In this document: in pieces, positions 1 to 12,505 of the stretch
How positions within the stretch are numbered: the stretch's first letter is position 1
How the letters are laid out: the number at the start of each line of letters is the position of its first letter
DNA from: Lama guanicoe
Lineage: Eukaryota
Assembly (NCBI GenBank): GCA_013239625.1
Contig: MU053493.1
Location: forward strand, 1,621,793-1,685,792
Direction: 5' to 3'
Length of the DNA stretch: 64,000 nt
The notes under the pieces: generated by a model
What the model was told of the DNA's origin: nothing
The model's database searches: none
Seen by the model: only the letters and a program-made list of their open reading frames with translations
Made by a program: the position numbers and the translations under genes

Positions 1-159
1 CGGCTGTGCAGGGGAGACTCTCAGGGTTTGAGTTACTTCTTTCTTGCTAGGCTGAGAAAGCTCACTGAACACTGCACTTAACTATGCAAACCCCAAAAGC
101 TCTCATCAGGGCGCTTTCAGGGGTGACAGTGGACACAGGTCACTCTGGCTACCTGTGGA

Positions 160-615
160 GTCAGACAGTCACATGGGACTCACGTCGCCCTCGCACTGGA
201 GTTCACCTCGACCTCTGGCCCAACCTCAGATGAGCTGAAAAGGATTAGAGCTGATTAGTGCCATGTGCTGTCTTCTCCCCCTCCCCAGGGCCCCAGCACT
301 GCCCGCATGATCAGGAGCTCCTGAAAGAACCGTTTTGTCCAATTGTCTCAATTATGCAAAACATGCTGACATTTCTAGCAAGGGAAGGATGGGCAGGGGG
401 GAGTTCACTTCAAAGGGAAAGTTTAACTCCCCTCAACCTCTCACATATCCCAAGGCTACTTTGGTGGGACCTCACATGGAGCTGCGGGGGAGTCTGGCCA
501 GGGGATCCTTTGCAGGCTTGGGAGCGAGGTCACGAGGCCATAGCCTCCTCGGGATCATGAGGGCTCAGCACAGGCGCTCACATGCTCCTCATGTGGATGG
601 CTCCTTTTAAAGGGT
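160..615 (+). promoter_or_regulatory. TRPM1: TRPM1 proximal (melanocyte-type) promoter with clustered MITF-type E-boxes and a TATA-like element
   Basis: CACATG/CATGTG at 170-175, 262-267, 473-478, 579-584 and 590-595 (TCATGTG). TTTTAAA at 605-611. A strong splice donor follows at 700/701. TRPM1 is an established MITF target. Confidence 0.7.
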
Positions 616-629
616 GGGCCCTCCTCAGC

Positions 630-700
630 CAGCTTCCTGCTGCCTGGCCAGAGGAGGAGGCTGGAGGAGGCCAGGCTGCTTCCTCTCCTCCCCGCAGCAG
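630..700 (+). other. TRPM1: Non-coding first exon of TRPM1 (start is an estimate; 3' end defined by the donor)
   Basis: Consensus donor CAG|GTAAGC at 700/701, about 90 nt after the TATA-like motif. No ATG in the exon. It resembles the human TRPM1 5' UTR as I recall it. Confidence 0.65.
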
Positions 701-1445
701 GTAAGCACAGGACTGGGGAAGCTCGGGTGCAGGGCTCTGCTTCCTGGGGCCTCCAGTTCCTCTCCTGCTGAGGCTGGATGGACGAGGTCACATGGGAATG
801 GCCACTGAATCTGTGTTCCCCAAGAGAACGAGCCCTGTGTAGCCGGCCATCCCCAGGCTCCAACATCTAAGCGCAGGTGTCAGGGATCCAGGGCTTGGCA
901 TCCTTCTCCATCACCTGCAGAGCGTGCCTCTTCCGGAGAGCCTCAGGCAATGCTGGAGTTCCTGGCGGGGGGCGGAGGGGGCAGGGTTACACCTGTAAGG
1001 CTTTATCAGAGGATATTTCCACGATTAGTCCAAACCTCAGGGAAAAGATCGGTTGACCGTGGAGGGAGATGGAGATTTCTTCTCACTGCCAGTGGGAGCC
1101 AGGAACTGGGTTCTGGAAGGCAGTTGCAGTGGTGTGTGCCCAGGCAACACAGCCACCCTGGGGGCTCCATCCTAAGGAAGTAATCCGGGAAGGTCAGCCA
1201 AAATTTACAGAGCATTGTTTACTAGAGTGAGACACAGGGAAAAATCCAAATGCCCCAAATAGAGGATTGGGGGCATAAATCATGGTCTCTCCACAGGATG
1301 AAATATGTTGTAGTCACTTTTTAAATGACAGGAAAAGAATGAGTAACAACAATGTGCAGAATGATTCTGTTTTCCGTTACATACAAACACATCTAATTTA
1401 TTCACAGGAAAAAGCATAGAAATACACCGAAATGCTGGCCATTAT

Positions 1446-1580
1446 TTTTTTTAATAATTTTGTGGTTTTGGGGGGGGGATAATTAAGTTTTTTTTTTAAT
1501 TTTAATGGAGGTACTGGGGATCGAACCCAGGACCTTGTGCATGCTAATCATGTGCTCTATCACTGAGCTGTACCCTCCCC
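1446..1580 (-). mobile_element. tRNA-derived SINE (camelid Vic-1-like)
   Basis: Reverse complement has an A box (AGCTCAGTG), a B box (GGTTCGATCC) and an A-rich tail. Confidence 0.85.
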
Positions 1581-3424
1581 ACCTTGGCCCTTATTTTAGA
1601 TAAAGGCCAAATATGTATGATGTTTATTTATTCCTTTACACATTTCTTCTTTTTCTTTTACTTTAACAATACTCTATAACAAATACATTTCCCTTTTGTT
1701 ACCAGAAATTGTATCTTTTTTTTTTAAACTTTAGCAAATATGAGCAGAAATAGTGGGAAGGTGGGAAAAGATGGAACTAGTCACAGGAATTATTCCCAGT
1801 GGACCAGGGATGGGAGATGAGAGTAAAGGAGGGGAGAGAGACGGGGAGAAAAAAGACCAGGCAGATGTGCTTTGTCTGAATGAAATATTTAAGGAGGAAC
1901 TAAGACGGGAGATCGGCTTCTGTGGGAGTGGACCTGAACAATATTGGTTTGACTTTTGGGAAGGGTTGTTTTTGGGAATGTTCACCAAATACCATTTTGC
2001 AAACTACCTAACAGCAGTTTTGATTTGTAGCATTTGCAGTGATATTTGTAGCATCAAGTGGTCACCCTCTGCGATGGATTTTAGGCCCCAGACAATGTAA
2101 TTGGAAACGTCAGCTCATGTGGAACGTGTTTGCTGCCATTGTTTATGCTTTATTGGTGATTTTCCAGGAGAAGCCTGGGATTTTGTTTGGTTTGGCTCTT
2201 TGCAACCTCATTTATTTGCTTTGCAAAGTTGATAAGTACAAGAAACAGAGTGACACTCGGCATTTTAAGTGGCTAGTTGTCTTCATTCCGAACTAAGTGA
2301 AAACAAAACAGACTTTCAGTTCATTTACAATCCTCTTCCTTGGAGTGTTAGGTATTTTCAGAAAAATTCTCTTTTGCTTTGTTTGAAAATGTTTTCAAGA
2401 TGTCCTATAACTGTGCGTGTGTGCACGCGTGTCTGCATGTAAGTTCTGGACTTGAGAAAATAGAAGCCTTCATCCAGGGGACTAATGGGACCCAGTCCCT
2501 GACTGCCTTTCATGACCTAGAAGTTAATGGGGTGTAACATCTTAACACCTCCATTAAAAAGACAGTAGCCAGGTTCACGTTAATCTGCAAAGGAGCCTGA
2601 CCTGCTGTACCCTGCTTTTTCTAGCTTTAATATTAGACTTGGTCATCGGTAAATGAATTACAGCCTCCATTGGAGCAACCAGGGCTCAGGAAATGGTTGG
2701 TCCATTGCCCCAGACACACATCGCACACAGGAGCAAGTGTCCCGGGCTCCCATAGAAAGCACTTTCTAGAATTGTCTCTCTGTTTTCCAGCAAATGTGTC
2801 TTCAATTGCTATCCAGTTTCTAGAGGGAGAATGCATTTACAGTGCTAGAGACACTTTAAGGAAACAAGTTAATGCCAGCCCACGGAAGCCCCCTCCACAA
2901 CTGCCGGGACCCTCTTGCTGTTGGGTGACCCCTTTCCCCACTGCTTCTGGATCTCACCCGCCCTGGTCTCCGTGAACGTGGAGAGGACAGCGTGTCCCAC
3001 ATCCGTTTCCCAAGGGTTGATGATGCCTGAAACGCCCCAAGGTAAATGTAGTGCTGAATTGGCAGGTGGCCTCTCTGCATGGCCTCTGTGGAGACAGGGC
3101 ATCGGAGCGGACAAATTCATCAGGCATGGTGAGGTGGAAAGCATGCTAACCAGAGATCATGGCAACAGTGTCCTTTTCTGTTTGTTAATCATTGTAAAGG
3201 TAATACGTGAATATGTCAAGTTGCACGGCCCTGCAGAAAAGCCAAGGGAAGGTTCCGCTCCTGCCCCCGCTGCTGACCGTGCGGGGTGGTTTGACATCTG
3301 TTGTTCTGAACTAGAACTGCCCAGTCCCCATGGCACAGTCATAATTTTTTTTTAACAAAGTGTAATGTTTTATTATACTTTTATTATATATTATAATATT
3401 TTATTATACTAGAATTTGTAGAGT

Positions 3425-3768
3425 AGCTGTGTCCAAAAAAAGAAAAGCCATGTTAAAATAAGCGGAGTTAATATAAAAACTTCTTTATTATCCTTATTCC
3501 TTATCAATATATCCCAAATATTATCATTTTCAATATGTAGTCAATATAAAAAACACATTAGTGAGGTACTTTGTCTTTTTGTTTTAAATACAAAGTCTTC
3601 AAAACCCTGTCAAACACCTTTTGTTTTTGAGCTCTAGTGTTAGGGGCAGCAAATGATAATTTGCTGTCTTATACTTAAATTCACAGCATAGCTCAGCTCA
3701 GACCGGTCGAACTTCAGGTGCCCGGCAGCCACACACAGCCAGCAGCCACCACGTTGGACAGTGTAGGT
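3425..3768. mobile_element. hAT-Charlie-type DNA transposon remnant (MER33-like)
   Basis: Inverted ends gctgtgtccaa / ttggacagtgtag. The AT-rich interior resembles the consensus as I recall it. Confidence 0.55.
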
Positions 3769-4011
3769 CTAGACTTTTACGTTATCAAGGTTGGTTCTTG
3801 ATAGCTGGACCATACCAGAAAGATCATATTTCAACTTATTTTCAATTAATAATAGAGATGGTTACACTTTAGAACTTAGAGTTCTTTTTTTTTTTAATTG
3901 AAGTACAGTCAATTACAATGTGTCAATCTCTGGTGTACAACACAATGTCCTAGTCATGCACATACATGTATATATTTGTTTTCATATTTCTTAGAGTTCT
4001 ATTTTAGTCTT

Positions 4012-4144
4012 TTTTAATTTGTTTTTGGGTGGAGGTGATTAGGTTTGTTTGTTTGTTTGTTTGTTTATGGAAGTACTAGGGATTGAACCCAGGACCTTGT
4101 GCATGCTGGGCACACACTCTATCGCTGAGCTATACCCTCCCCCC
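4012..4144 (-). mobile_element. tRNA-derived SINE
   Basis: A/B boxes, (TTTG)n tail, flanking repeat ttttagtcttttt. Confidence 0.85.
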
Positions 4145-5629
4145 ACCGTTTTAGTCTTTTTAATAGGTGTGTAGTCCATGATTTGGTACATCATAATTGA
4201 TTTAACCAGTCCCCAGTGTAGATGAATGAAAAACTGGAGGTTTCCATTTTTTCACTCAGTTCAAAATATACTCCGACAAACATCCATATATCTTAGGTAT
4301 TTCCAGACAACTGGTGCCTGAAAGTGGATGTGCTGGGCTAAGGCATGTGCACTGTGCTCTGACAGATCCTGCCCAGCTCCCCTCCAAAGACATGCTGTCA
4401 GGTGTCTGGAGAGGGAAGCCAGTTCTCAGCCGACCACCAACCAGCCTTGGGGTCTGGACCTCAGTTCCCTTAAAACCAAAGGATCGACGTAAACCCTCCT
4501 TGGTTCCTGAATGCCCAGTTCCACGGTTCAAATGGTGGCGGTACCAACCCATCCCTTTGGTGCACAGAGTGGTGTGTCGGGGAGAGCTGCCTCCTCCACC
4601 TTCAGCAGAGGCGCTTAGAGGGCAGGTGAACAAAACAAGCCCCACACCCACCTGGTCTGAGGTCAGCAGACAGCACTTAGCAAAGACCCTAACTCTGTTA
4701 CTTGTACAATTACGATTACACTCTTTTTCATTCGTATGGAATCATCTACTAAATGTGGTCACAGCCAAGGGGCAGTGGGGCAAGGGTCAGCCCCGGCAGG
4801 GTTGAGCTGCATTGAATGCTCCACCTCCCTCCCAGTGGCAGGCCACCCAGGACCCTTGCCCACCCCAAGGACCCCAGCTGACACTACAGTCCCTGTGAGA
4901 ACAGGAACGCTGGCTACACAGGGGCCGATACCTCCCAGGTATTCACACTTGACACTGGTGCTGTGGGCATCCTCATGGATCCTGGGAGTACTGGGAGAGG
5001 AAGCCCAGAGGACAGGGACCTGGAGGGGTGATGAGGTGGTGAAGGATGGAGAGCACCACTGAAAAGGGGGAGGCGTCCCCCCACTGGAGCCAGGTGGGCA
5101 CAGGGAGGTTGGCCTGGTCCTGCCATCCTCTCTCCCAGCCACTGGAAACCAGATGGGGCTCTCAGACAACTTCAGGGAAACCCTGTAAACAGCACCTTCC
5201 CAACTCACTCACCCTTCTAAGCAAGTTGGCTGAGTGATGTTGGCCACACCAAAAAGGGGAACTGGGGAGGGGCCCCCAGGATCCTGTTGTAATCCCCAGG
5301 TCCCCAGACAATCCAGGGGAAGCTGGTGAACAGGAGGAAGGGAAGATTGAACCCAGCATCCATCATCTGCCCTGTGATTCTGTTTCTCTCTCCTCCTTTT
5401 GTTTATTCTTTTAAAATATTTTATGGTGAAATACCGCATTTATAAGAACTGTGTAACATGTCTGCATACAGCTTAAAGATGAATAACAAAGCACATCCTT
5501 GTGTATTACGGCCCGGACCCCCTCCAACTCTACTCCTCTCTCCTACAAACACTCTGACTTTTGTGATGCTCATGCCTTTACTTTATCTCTGATCCTATTT
5601 TGTTTTGAAGTCAACGTGTTTTTAATTTT

Positions 5630-7050
5630 GAAAAGCAATTTATTGAGATGAAATTCATAGAACATCAAATTAACCACTTTAAAGTGAACCACTCAGCGGT
5701 GTTTAGTACATTCACAATATTGTGCAGCCACCCCCACCCCATCTAGCCATCCAGAACATTTCCAGCACTACAAAGTACAACCCTGTACCCATTAAACAAT
5801 TTCTTCCCATTCCTCGTTTCCCCCACCCCCTTGGAAACCACCAGTTTGTGTACTGTCTCTATGGATTTATCTATTCTGGGTATTTAAGTGGAATCATACA
5901 GAGTGAGACTTACTGTGTCTGGCTGTTCTCACTTGGCATAATGTTTCCAAGGTTCATCCACATTATAGCATGTATCTGTACTTTGTTCCTTTTCATGGCT
6001 GAGTAATATTCCATCATGAGTATATGCCACAATTTGTTATTCCATTAATTCATTGATGGGTGTTTGAGCCATTTCCACCTTTTGGTTATTGTGAAGAGTG
6101 CTATTCTGAACACAAGTGTACATGTATCTGAGTACCTGTGTCCAATTCTTTGGGGTCTCTACCTAGGAATGAAACCTCTAGGTCATATGGTGATTCTATA
6201 TTTAACTTTTTAAGGAACTGCCAAACTCTTTTCCAAAGCGGCTACATCATTTTACATTTTGGTAGCTGGTGTGAGGTTCCAATTTCTTCACATCCTAGAC
6301 AATACTAATTACAGTTGACTCCTGAAAAATGTAGGGGTTATGGGTACTGATGCTCCCAGCGTGGTCTAAAATCCTTATATCTCTGCCTCAAAAATAAAGA
6401 CATTGATAAACAACCCACCCAAGGGCAGGAAGATAAAGCAGTTCGGCTAGAATAAGGATGCAAACCCTACTTCTTTTGACTCCACATATTGTGATCTATA
6501 ATCGAACACAAAATTTCCCCCACACACGGTTAATTTAAAAATCTGTAAAATGAAAGTACAGGTATGTATTTATTGAAAAAAATCCTTATATAAGTGGACC
6601 CATGCAGATCAACCCAGCATTGTTCAAGGGGCAGCTGTACTGTTTCTGTCTTGGGGGGCTTTTTTATTACGGCCACCCTAGCAGGGGTGAAATGGTACCT
6701 TACGGTTTTGATTTGCTCTTCCCTGACGATTAGTGATGTTGAGCATCTTTTCTGTGCTTGGCCATTTGTACATCTTCCTTGGATGTACAAGTTCTTCGCC
6801 CATTTTTTAATTGGATTGTTTCTCTTTTTGTTGTTGAGTTGTGAGACTTCTTTGTATCTTCTGGATCCTAGACACTTGTCAAACATATGATTTGCAAATA
6901 TTTTCTTCCATTCTGTAGGTCGTCTTTTCACTTTCTTGTTAGTGTTCTTTAAAGCACAAACGTTTTAAATTTTGATGAAGTCCAGTTTATCTACTTCTTC
7001 CTTTATTGCATGATACCAAAAGCATGAGCCTATGAATCTATTGCCAAAAC
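5630..7050 (-). mobile_element. Old LINE-1 3' portion (ORF2 end and 3' UTR)
   Basis: The minus ORF at 6530-6931 reads like the L1 ORF2 C-terminus (KRRPTEWKKIFANH...RYHFTPAR). Confidence 0.85.
6312..6637. mobile_element. Tigger2/MER28-like non-autonomous DNA transposon nested in the L1
   Basis: TA|CAGTTGACTCCTGAA ... TTCAAGGGGCAGCTG|TA: terminal inverted repeats with a TA duplication. Confidence 0.75.
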
Positions 7051-10000
7051 CAAGATCCCTACACAGTACACTGTTTAGCTTCACCTGATTTTGAACTTTA
7101 TATAAGTAGAATGTGTGTGTCTTTGGTGACTTGTTTCTTCTGCTTTGTGTTGCTTGGGGAGTTGTATGGTAGTTGTAATTGGTCTGTTTTCATTGCCATA
7201 TAATATTCCCTTGTACGAATATATGGCAATGTATCTGTGGATCCCACTGTAGCTGGTCATCTGGGCTGCTGTCCCTTGGGGCTCTCAATTAGGGTGCTAC
7301 TGTGAACATGTGTAGGGTGTCCTTGCGCACACGAGTGTGAGCATATTTGGGATAAACCTCCGTGCAGTACTGCTGGACCATGGACTGTGGACCTGCTCCA
7401 CTTTCCCAAATGCTGCTGAGCTGTTTTCTATCTTCCTTAAAGGGAGGATCTCAAAACATCTGCCTGTTTTGGAGGAAGTATTTTGAATCTGCTGGAGGAG
7501 ATAGATGTATAATGAGGGACAGAGCTATGCATGCACAATCACCTGGCTGTGAGGCTGGCCAGAGCTGGTGTCTCCAACCCTGACACTCTGTCCGCGCTCT
7601 CAGTGCCCCCTCACCTCCCAGTCTCCCTAATGAAGCCCTCCCCCCACTCATGGCCTTAGTTTCCTCATCTATAAAACCAGTGAGAGAGGGAGCACGTGGT
7701 CTCTGGGAGCAGTCACCGTGACCACCACTGCGGAGGAAGGGGATCTGGCCTTCTGCCCTGTCCTGCTGTTTCCTCTTTCAAGAGCACCTCTCCCCATTAC
7801 TCCTGCACCCAACCAAATTCTCCTCCTGCCTCCAGGGTGAGCCAAACGCCCCTCTCTGCCTGCCCCAGCCCTCAAGGCCCTCCCCAGTTTTCTAGAAAGA
7901 AGCGCTGGCTTGTCCCCCCCTTCACCCCGTCCCAGCACAAGGCCAGCACCTTTACGGTGTGCATGCGCCCACCTGGGGCTGCCGAGGGCTGGGTGCACGC
8001 AGCACACCTGGAGCCACAGAGCCCAGCTCATCGGGGGCTCCGTAAGCTGCTCGTGCGAAATGCCTGAATGCTGGCCTTCTTCCCGGGTGACTCACAGCTG
8101 GCCCGGGCTGCATATGCCCCGGGGACTTTGCTGACAGGACCCTTGGGAGTTTTCATTGTCGGGTGGTGTGCGGGAACCCTCTGTGTGAACACACGAGCAT
8201 CCCAGATCCCGGCCGTGAGTCACCACAGACCACGCTGGTCAGGACAGCCCTGGGGGACACCGCAAACATGGGAACCTAATTTGCGACTCCGTGGCCGTGC
8301 CCTCCTCTCGTCCATACCCAGCCCCCTCAACTAGCGTGTCACCACCAGTCCAACCCCCGCCCGTCCGCCAGAAGCATCCCCTTCAGGACTGCCTCCCTCA
8401 GTCCTTCCTCCTGTCTGCCCCATCCTGGCTCTCAGTCCCTGGTCCCTCAGGGCTGACTCTTGCAAACCTGCTAGTCTGCTACACTAGAGGTGCGTGCACG
8501 CCGGTCCCCAGAGCCCCGGGAAATGGACTGTGCGTGGATGATGCTGTCCTTACAGCAAGCTGCTGAGAGGACAGAGCGGAGAACACTGGGGAAAGAAAGG
8601 CTGGGAGAAACACAAACCAAATTTACGTCCAGCATCATTAGGGCAGATGACTGAGCTGTGGCTTCTGGCGGGAAGGTTCTGTCTCATCTCAGGGTCGCCG
8701 ATCCCGGGACAGCTAGCCAGGCCCAGGCTTGACTCTCAGACCTGCATCCTGGCCTCCTGCTGCCTCTGCTAGGGACCAGCAAGTTAGAAACAACAGGTGC
8801 TGGGCATCCACAGGGACGCTGAGATCTTACCCGTGTTACCTTCATTCAGTTAATGCTTATTTAAGAGACTGGATAGTGGCACTGTTCAATTTTAAATATG
8901 AGCTCCCTTGACATATTAAAATTGATTTTTCTTTCCATTTTAAATTCTGCAGATATTACTTATCTGGGAAACAAGAAAAATGATCAGCTACTTTCATTAT
9001 TCCATGTATTGTGAGGTATGGCTAGTCATTTTTGTAGGTCATGTCAAATATTTGTTCCAAAGCATCATTACTTTGCATCTCAAAACACAGTAACTGCAAG
9101 AAGTAGACCTACCATTTACTGAATGACTGATACTTTTCAGGTTTTACACTTAGGACTTTTTTTGTGCTTGGCATTTTATAACCATTGTATCATTAATAGC
9201 CACAATCATCCCATCAAGTAGCTATGATTAACCACAATGATGCAAAAGCAACGTGGCTCAGAGAAGTTAAATGACTCTCCTGAGTCATAAATTAGAAGTG
9301 ACAAAAGCTGCTTACAAAACCAAGCCTGCTTGCATCCTAACACCAAATGTTTACCCTTAGCTGTCCCTAAGACACTTTTGAAAATATTGAAAATTAAACT
9401 ATTGGGGTTAAAAAAAAAACTGGAGACCTGAATACCAACCTCTGCTGGAGTTTTTTCCCACAGAATCGTAATCACCCTTCACAAGCACCCCTGCTTCACA
9501 AACCAGGTAACCGAGGTTCAGGAAAGTTGAAAAACGTGGCCAAGTTCATAAAGATAAGACACAGCGACTCTGGGAGCTGACTCAGGAATGTCCAACTCTA
9601 ACATTCTTTTTTTTTTTTCCACCCTGTCATTTATTGTATTCTCACTTTAAGGGCTGCCTTCCATCATCCCATAGAAATGCCCATCCCACCCCACCATCCC
9701 CGCTCCGTGTTCCAGGCCAGCCAGGATTCAGTCCTCACCCTGCATAGCTGGCCACCCAGAGCAGGTGCACCTCTCATCAGAGGGGCGGACAAGGGCGCAA
9801 TTGGGCATTTGGGGGCCCCAAAACCTCTAAGCTTTGGGGTTACCTCTTTAAGGAAAAGAAGAGGAAATTCAAGTGTCAAATCAAGTTTCAGTTTTTGGAG
9901 AAGCAAGCTTCTGGGCCAGGTGCTACCTAGGAGCAGGAAAGGGGACCATCAGGAGGGCTGGCTCCACTCAGCACTTGGTCACCCATTCTGGGAGACAGGT

Positions 10001-11014
10001 GGACCCTGACCTGAGTATCCACGATCTAGACACGGGTCTCTGGCTCTGGAAGGAAACGAGGCTTGTAAGGGTGAGGCAAGTTCCAGCATCCAGAAACAGG
10101 TGGCTTCCCCCATGTACAGAGCCAGGCATGTCCCAGAGCACAACTTCATTCAAAAATGTGACCCCCCCCAAAGCGGGGGGTGCCCCTAAGTTCCGTCCTG
10201 TAATGGGGAAGGGAGGGCGTTCACATCTGTCACGTGCAGCTTGTGTTGAAAAGTACCTGCTTGGCTGACCTTCGTGTGACCCTGTAAATGGGGAGCAGAG
10301 ACATCCAACACCTGGGCAGGTGTGTGACCTGCAGGTGGTCTCCGTTCAGGTGCCAGAGCTGGGGCTAGAAGCTGACCTTGGCCTCATTCCCTCCTCTCCC
10401 TCCCTCCCCCCTGCCAACCCATCATCTTAGCGAAGTTCACCCCTTTCTTCAGGCTCAGTGGGGAGCCTTCAGTGTTCCCCTTGCATCAGACCCCATGACC
10501 AGCGTAGCTGTGTTGAGGGTGGGGGGGAGGGGATATCCCTACACACGGTCCATTTCATCTCTAATCACTGTGCGAGATTAAGGGATGTGTGAGTTGGTCC
10601 TGCAAGGCCTTCATTCTAGGATATCAAAATATCAGTCTGAGTCTAGGGTCTTTCTCTGCCTCTGCGGGACCAGGTCTTTCCTGTCAATGGTAAAAAAAAA
10701 CGAGGAACAAATTTCAAAGACTCAGTAGCCTGAGGCCAGCGAAGAGACCATCTGTGTGGCTGGCGCAGCTCTATAATTATCTGAATGGCCTTCCTTTTGT
10801 TTTGCTTTGTTTTGTTTTGTTTTTTTTCTCCCAATTGCCCAGCCCCACTTGCTCGGGGCTAGCTAATAACCACCATGCGTTCCAACCAAAGGGCAGCAAC
10901 CCTGGAGAGGTCAGCTTGGGCAGCCTGAGTGAGAAGTGTATCTGGAGTATGACCAGCACTGCTTTTAATTAAGACATTATCTTACGTGATTTGAGTGCAT
11001 CAAGCACATCATTC

Positions 11015-11105
11015 AGGGCGGGGGTATAGCTCAGGGGTAGAGTGCTTGCTTAGCATGCATGAGGTCCTGGGTTCAATCCCCAATACCTCCATTAAATTAA
11101 AAAAA
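11015..11105 (+). mobile_element. tRNA-derived SINE
   Basis: GGGTATAGCTCAG...GGTTCAATCCC...A tail. Confidence 0.85.
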
Positions 11106-11214
11106 GAGAGAGACAGAGTGATCATTCAAAAAACAAATAGGCATGTGCTTACAATTAACAACAAAACCCAGACGGTTTTGATGAAATCCATACACTGAGG
11201 TCTGGTAAGACTTT

Positions 11215-11596
11215 TGTCTTCGTCCGTTCAGGCTGTATGACAAAACCCCACAGACAGGGTGGCTCGTCACATCAGAAATCTATTCCTCACAGTTCTGGCA
11301 GCTGCAAGTTTAAGGTCAAGGTGCCCGCAGATTTGGTGTCTCTGGAGGGCCAGCTTCCTGGTTCGTAGACAGCTTTCTTCTCCCCAGGTCTTCATCTGGC
11401 AGACGGGGCAGGGGAGCTGAGCTCTCTGGTGTCTTTTTTTTAGGGGCATAATCCCATTCATGAAGCCCCACCCTTATGATTCAGTTTCATCCCAAATGCC
11501 CCATCTCCTAATTAATACCCTCACTTGGGGTTAGGATTTCAACATGTGAATTTGGCAGGGGATTGGGGGAGACACAAGCATTCAGTGGACTGTAAC
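11215..11596. mobile_element. MaLR solo LTR (MLT1A-like)
   Basis: Characteristic motifs ctcacagttctgg, aaggtcaaggtgcc and ggttaggatttcaacatgtgaatttgg. Confidence 0.65.
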
Positions 11597-12049
11597 TTTC
11601 TTTCTACAAGTGTAGAAAAAGAATATGATTTTTTTGTAGCTGTGAATTAAACTACTACTTATCATTCAAGATGCGTCCTATGACTTCGATATTTGCAATG
11701 GCAGCTTAAAACATGCATCAATCTGAAATAATGAAGTGACAACGAGGGGTGTTATTGGACAATTCAAATGCTGGTGACGTGGCAAAAACACAAGGGATTC
11801 AACCACGAGGTTGGCCCCACAGTCGGGAAACCCTGGGCTCAGAGACTCCACATGGTGGCCAGGTACTCTGGCCACCTTCTCATTTTCTTTGTAAAATCAG
11901 TTCTATTTTTCTTTAGCAAATGAAAAACGCAGTAGGGACAATGAAGAAAAAAAAAGTAAAAAATTCTGTATCTTCTATCGCAAACACAAAGTTATGCCAA
12001 CGAATTTCCTTCCTTTCTCCCTAGCCGTATTCAGGATTCCCCTTTAAAA

Positions 12050-12505
12050 ACAGAAATATCTTCATAGCAGCACTCCTGGCAATAGCCAAAGAGTGGCAAC
12101 AACCCAGAGTTCCGTTAATCGATAAATTTGTGAAATGGAATATTACTGGGGCATGAACAGGAAGCAGTGAAACAGACGATAGCAAGGATAAACCTTGAAA
12201 ACACTGTGTGGAGTAAAAGAAGCCAGACATCAAAGACCACATATTATACAATTCCATTTATGTAAAATGTGCAAAATAGGCAAATCCTTAGTGACAAAAA
12301 GCTGATTCGTTGTTGTTGAGGACTGAGTGGGGCCAGGGAGGGGAATGGGTTCAGGACTTTTCTCAGGGTGATGAAAATGCTCTGGGATTAGATCATGATG
12401 GTGGTCACACAACTTTGGGGACATAGTAAAACCCACTAACTGATACTTTAAAAGGTGAATTTTAGGGTATGTGGATTACATTTTAATTTAAAAAAAAAAA
12501 AGTAA
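12050..12505 (+). mobile_element. Old LINE-1 3' UTR fragment
   Basis: L1M-type 3' end motifs ending in an A run at about 12490-12501. Confidence 0.7.

Noticed and set aside
3126..3134. ATG|GTGAGG as the ATG-donating exon end
   Set aside because: The donor is good, but there is no convincing pyrimidine-tract acceptor upstream. It cannot be supported without RNA data.
6530..6931. L1 ORF2-like ORFs (also 21832-22050)
   Set aside because: Short fragments of decayed elements; not functional genes.
11015..11090. tRNA-like sequences with A and B boxes (about 25 copies)
   Set aside because: They are diverged, carry A-rich tails and target-site duplications, and share a non-tRNA 3' part. They are SINEs, not tRNA genes.
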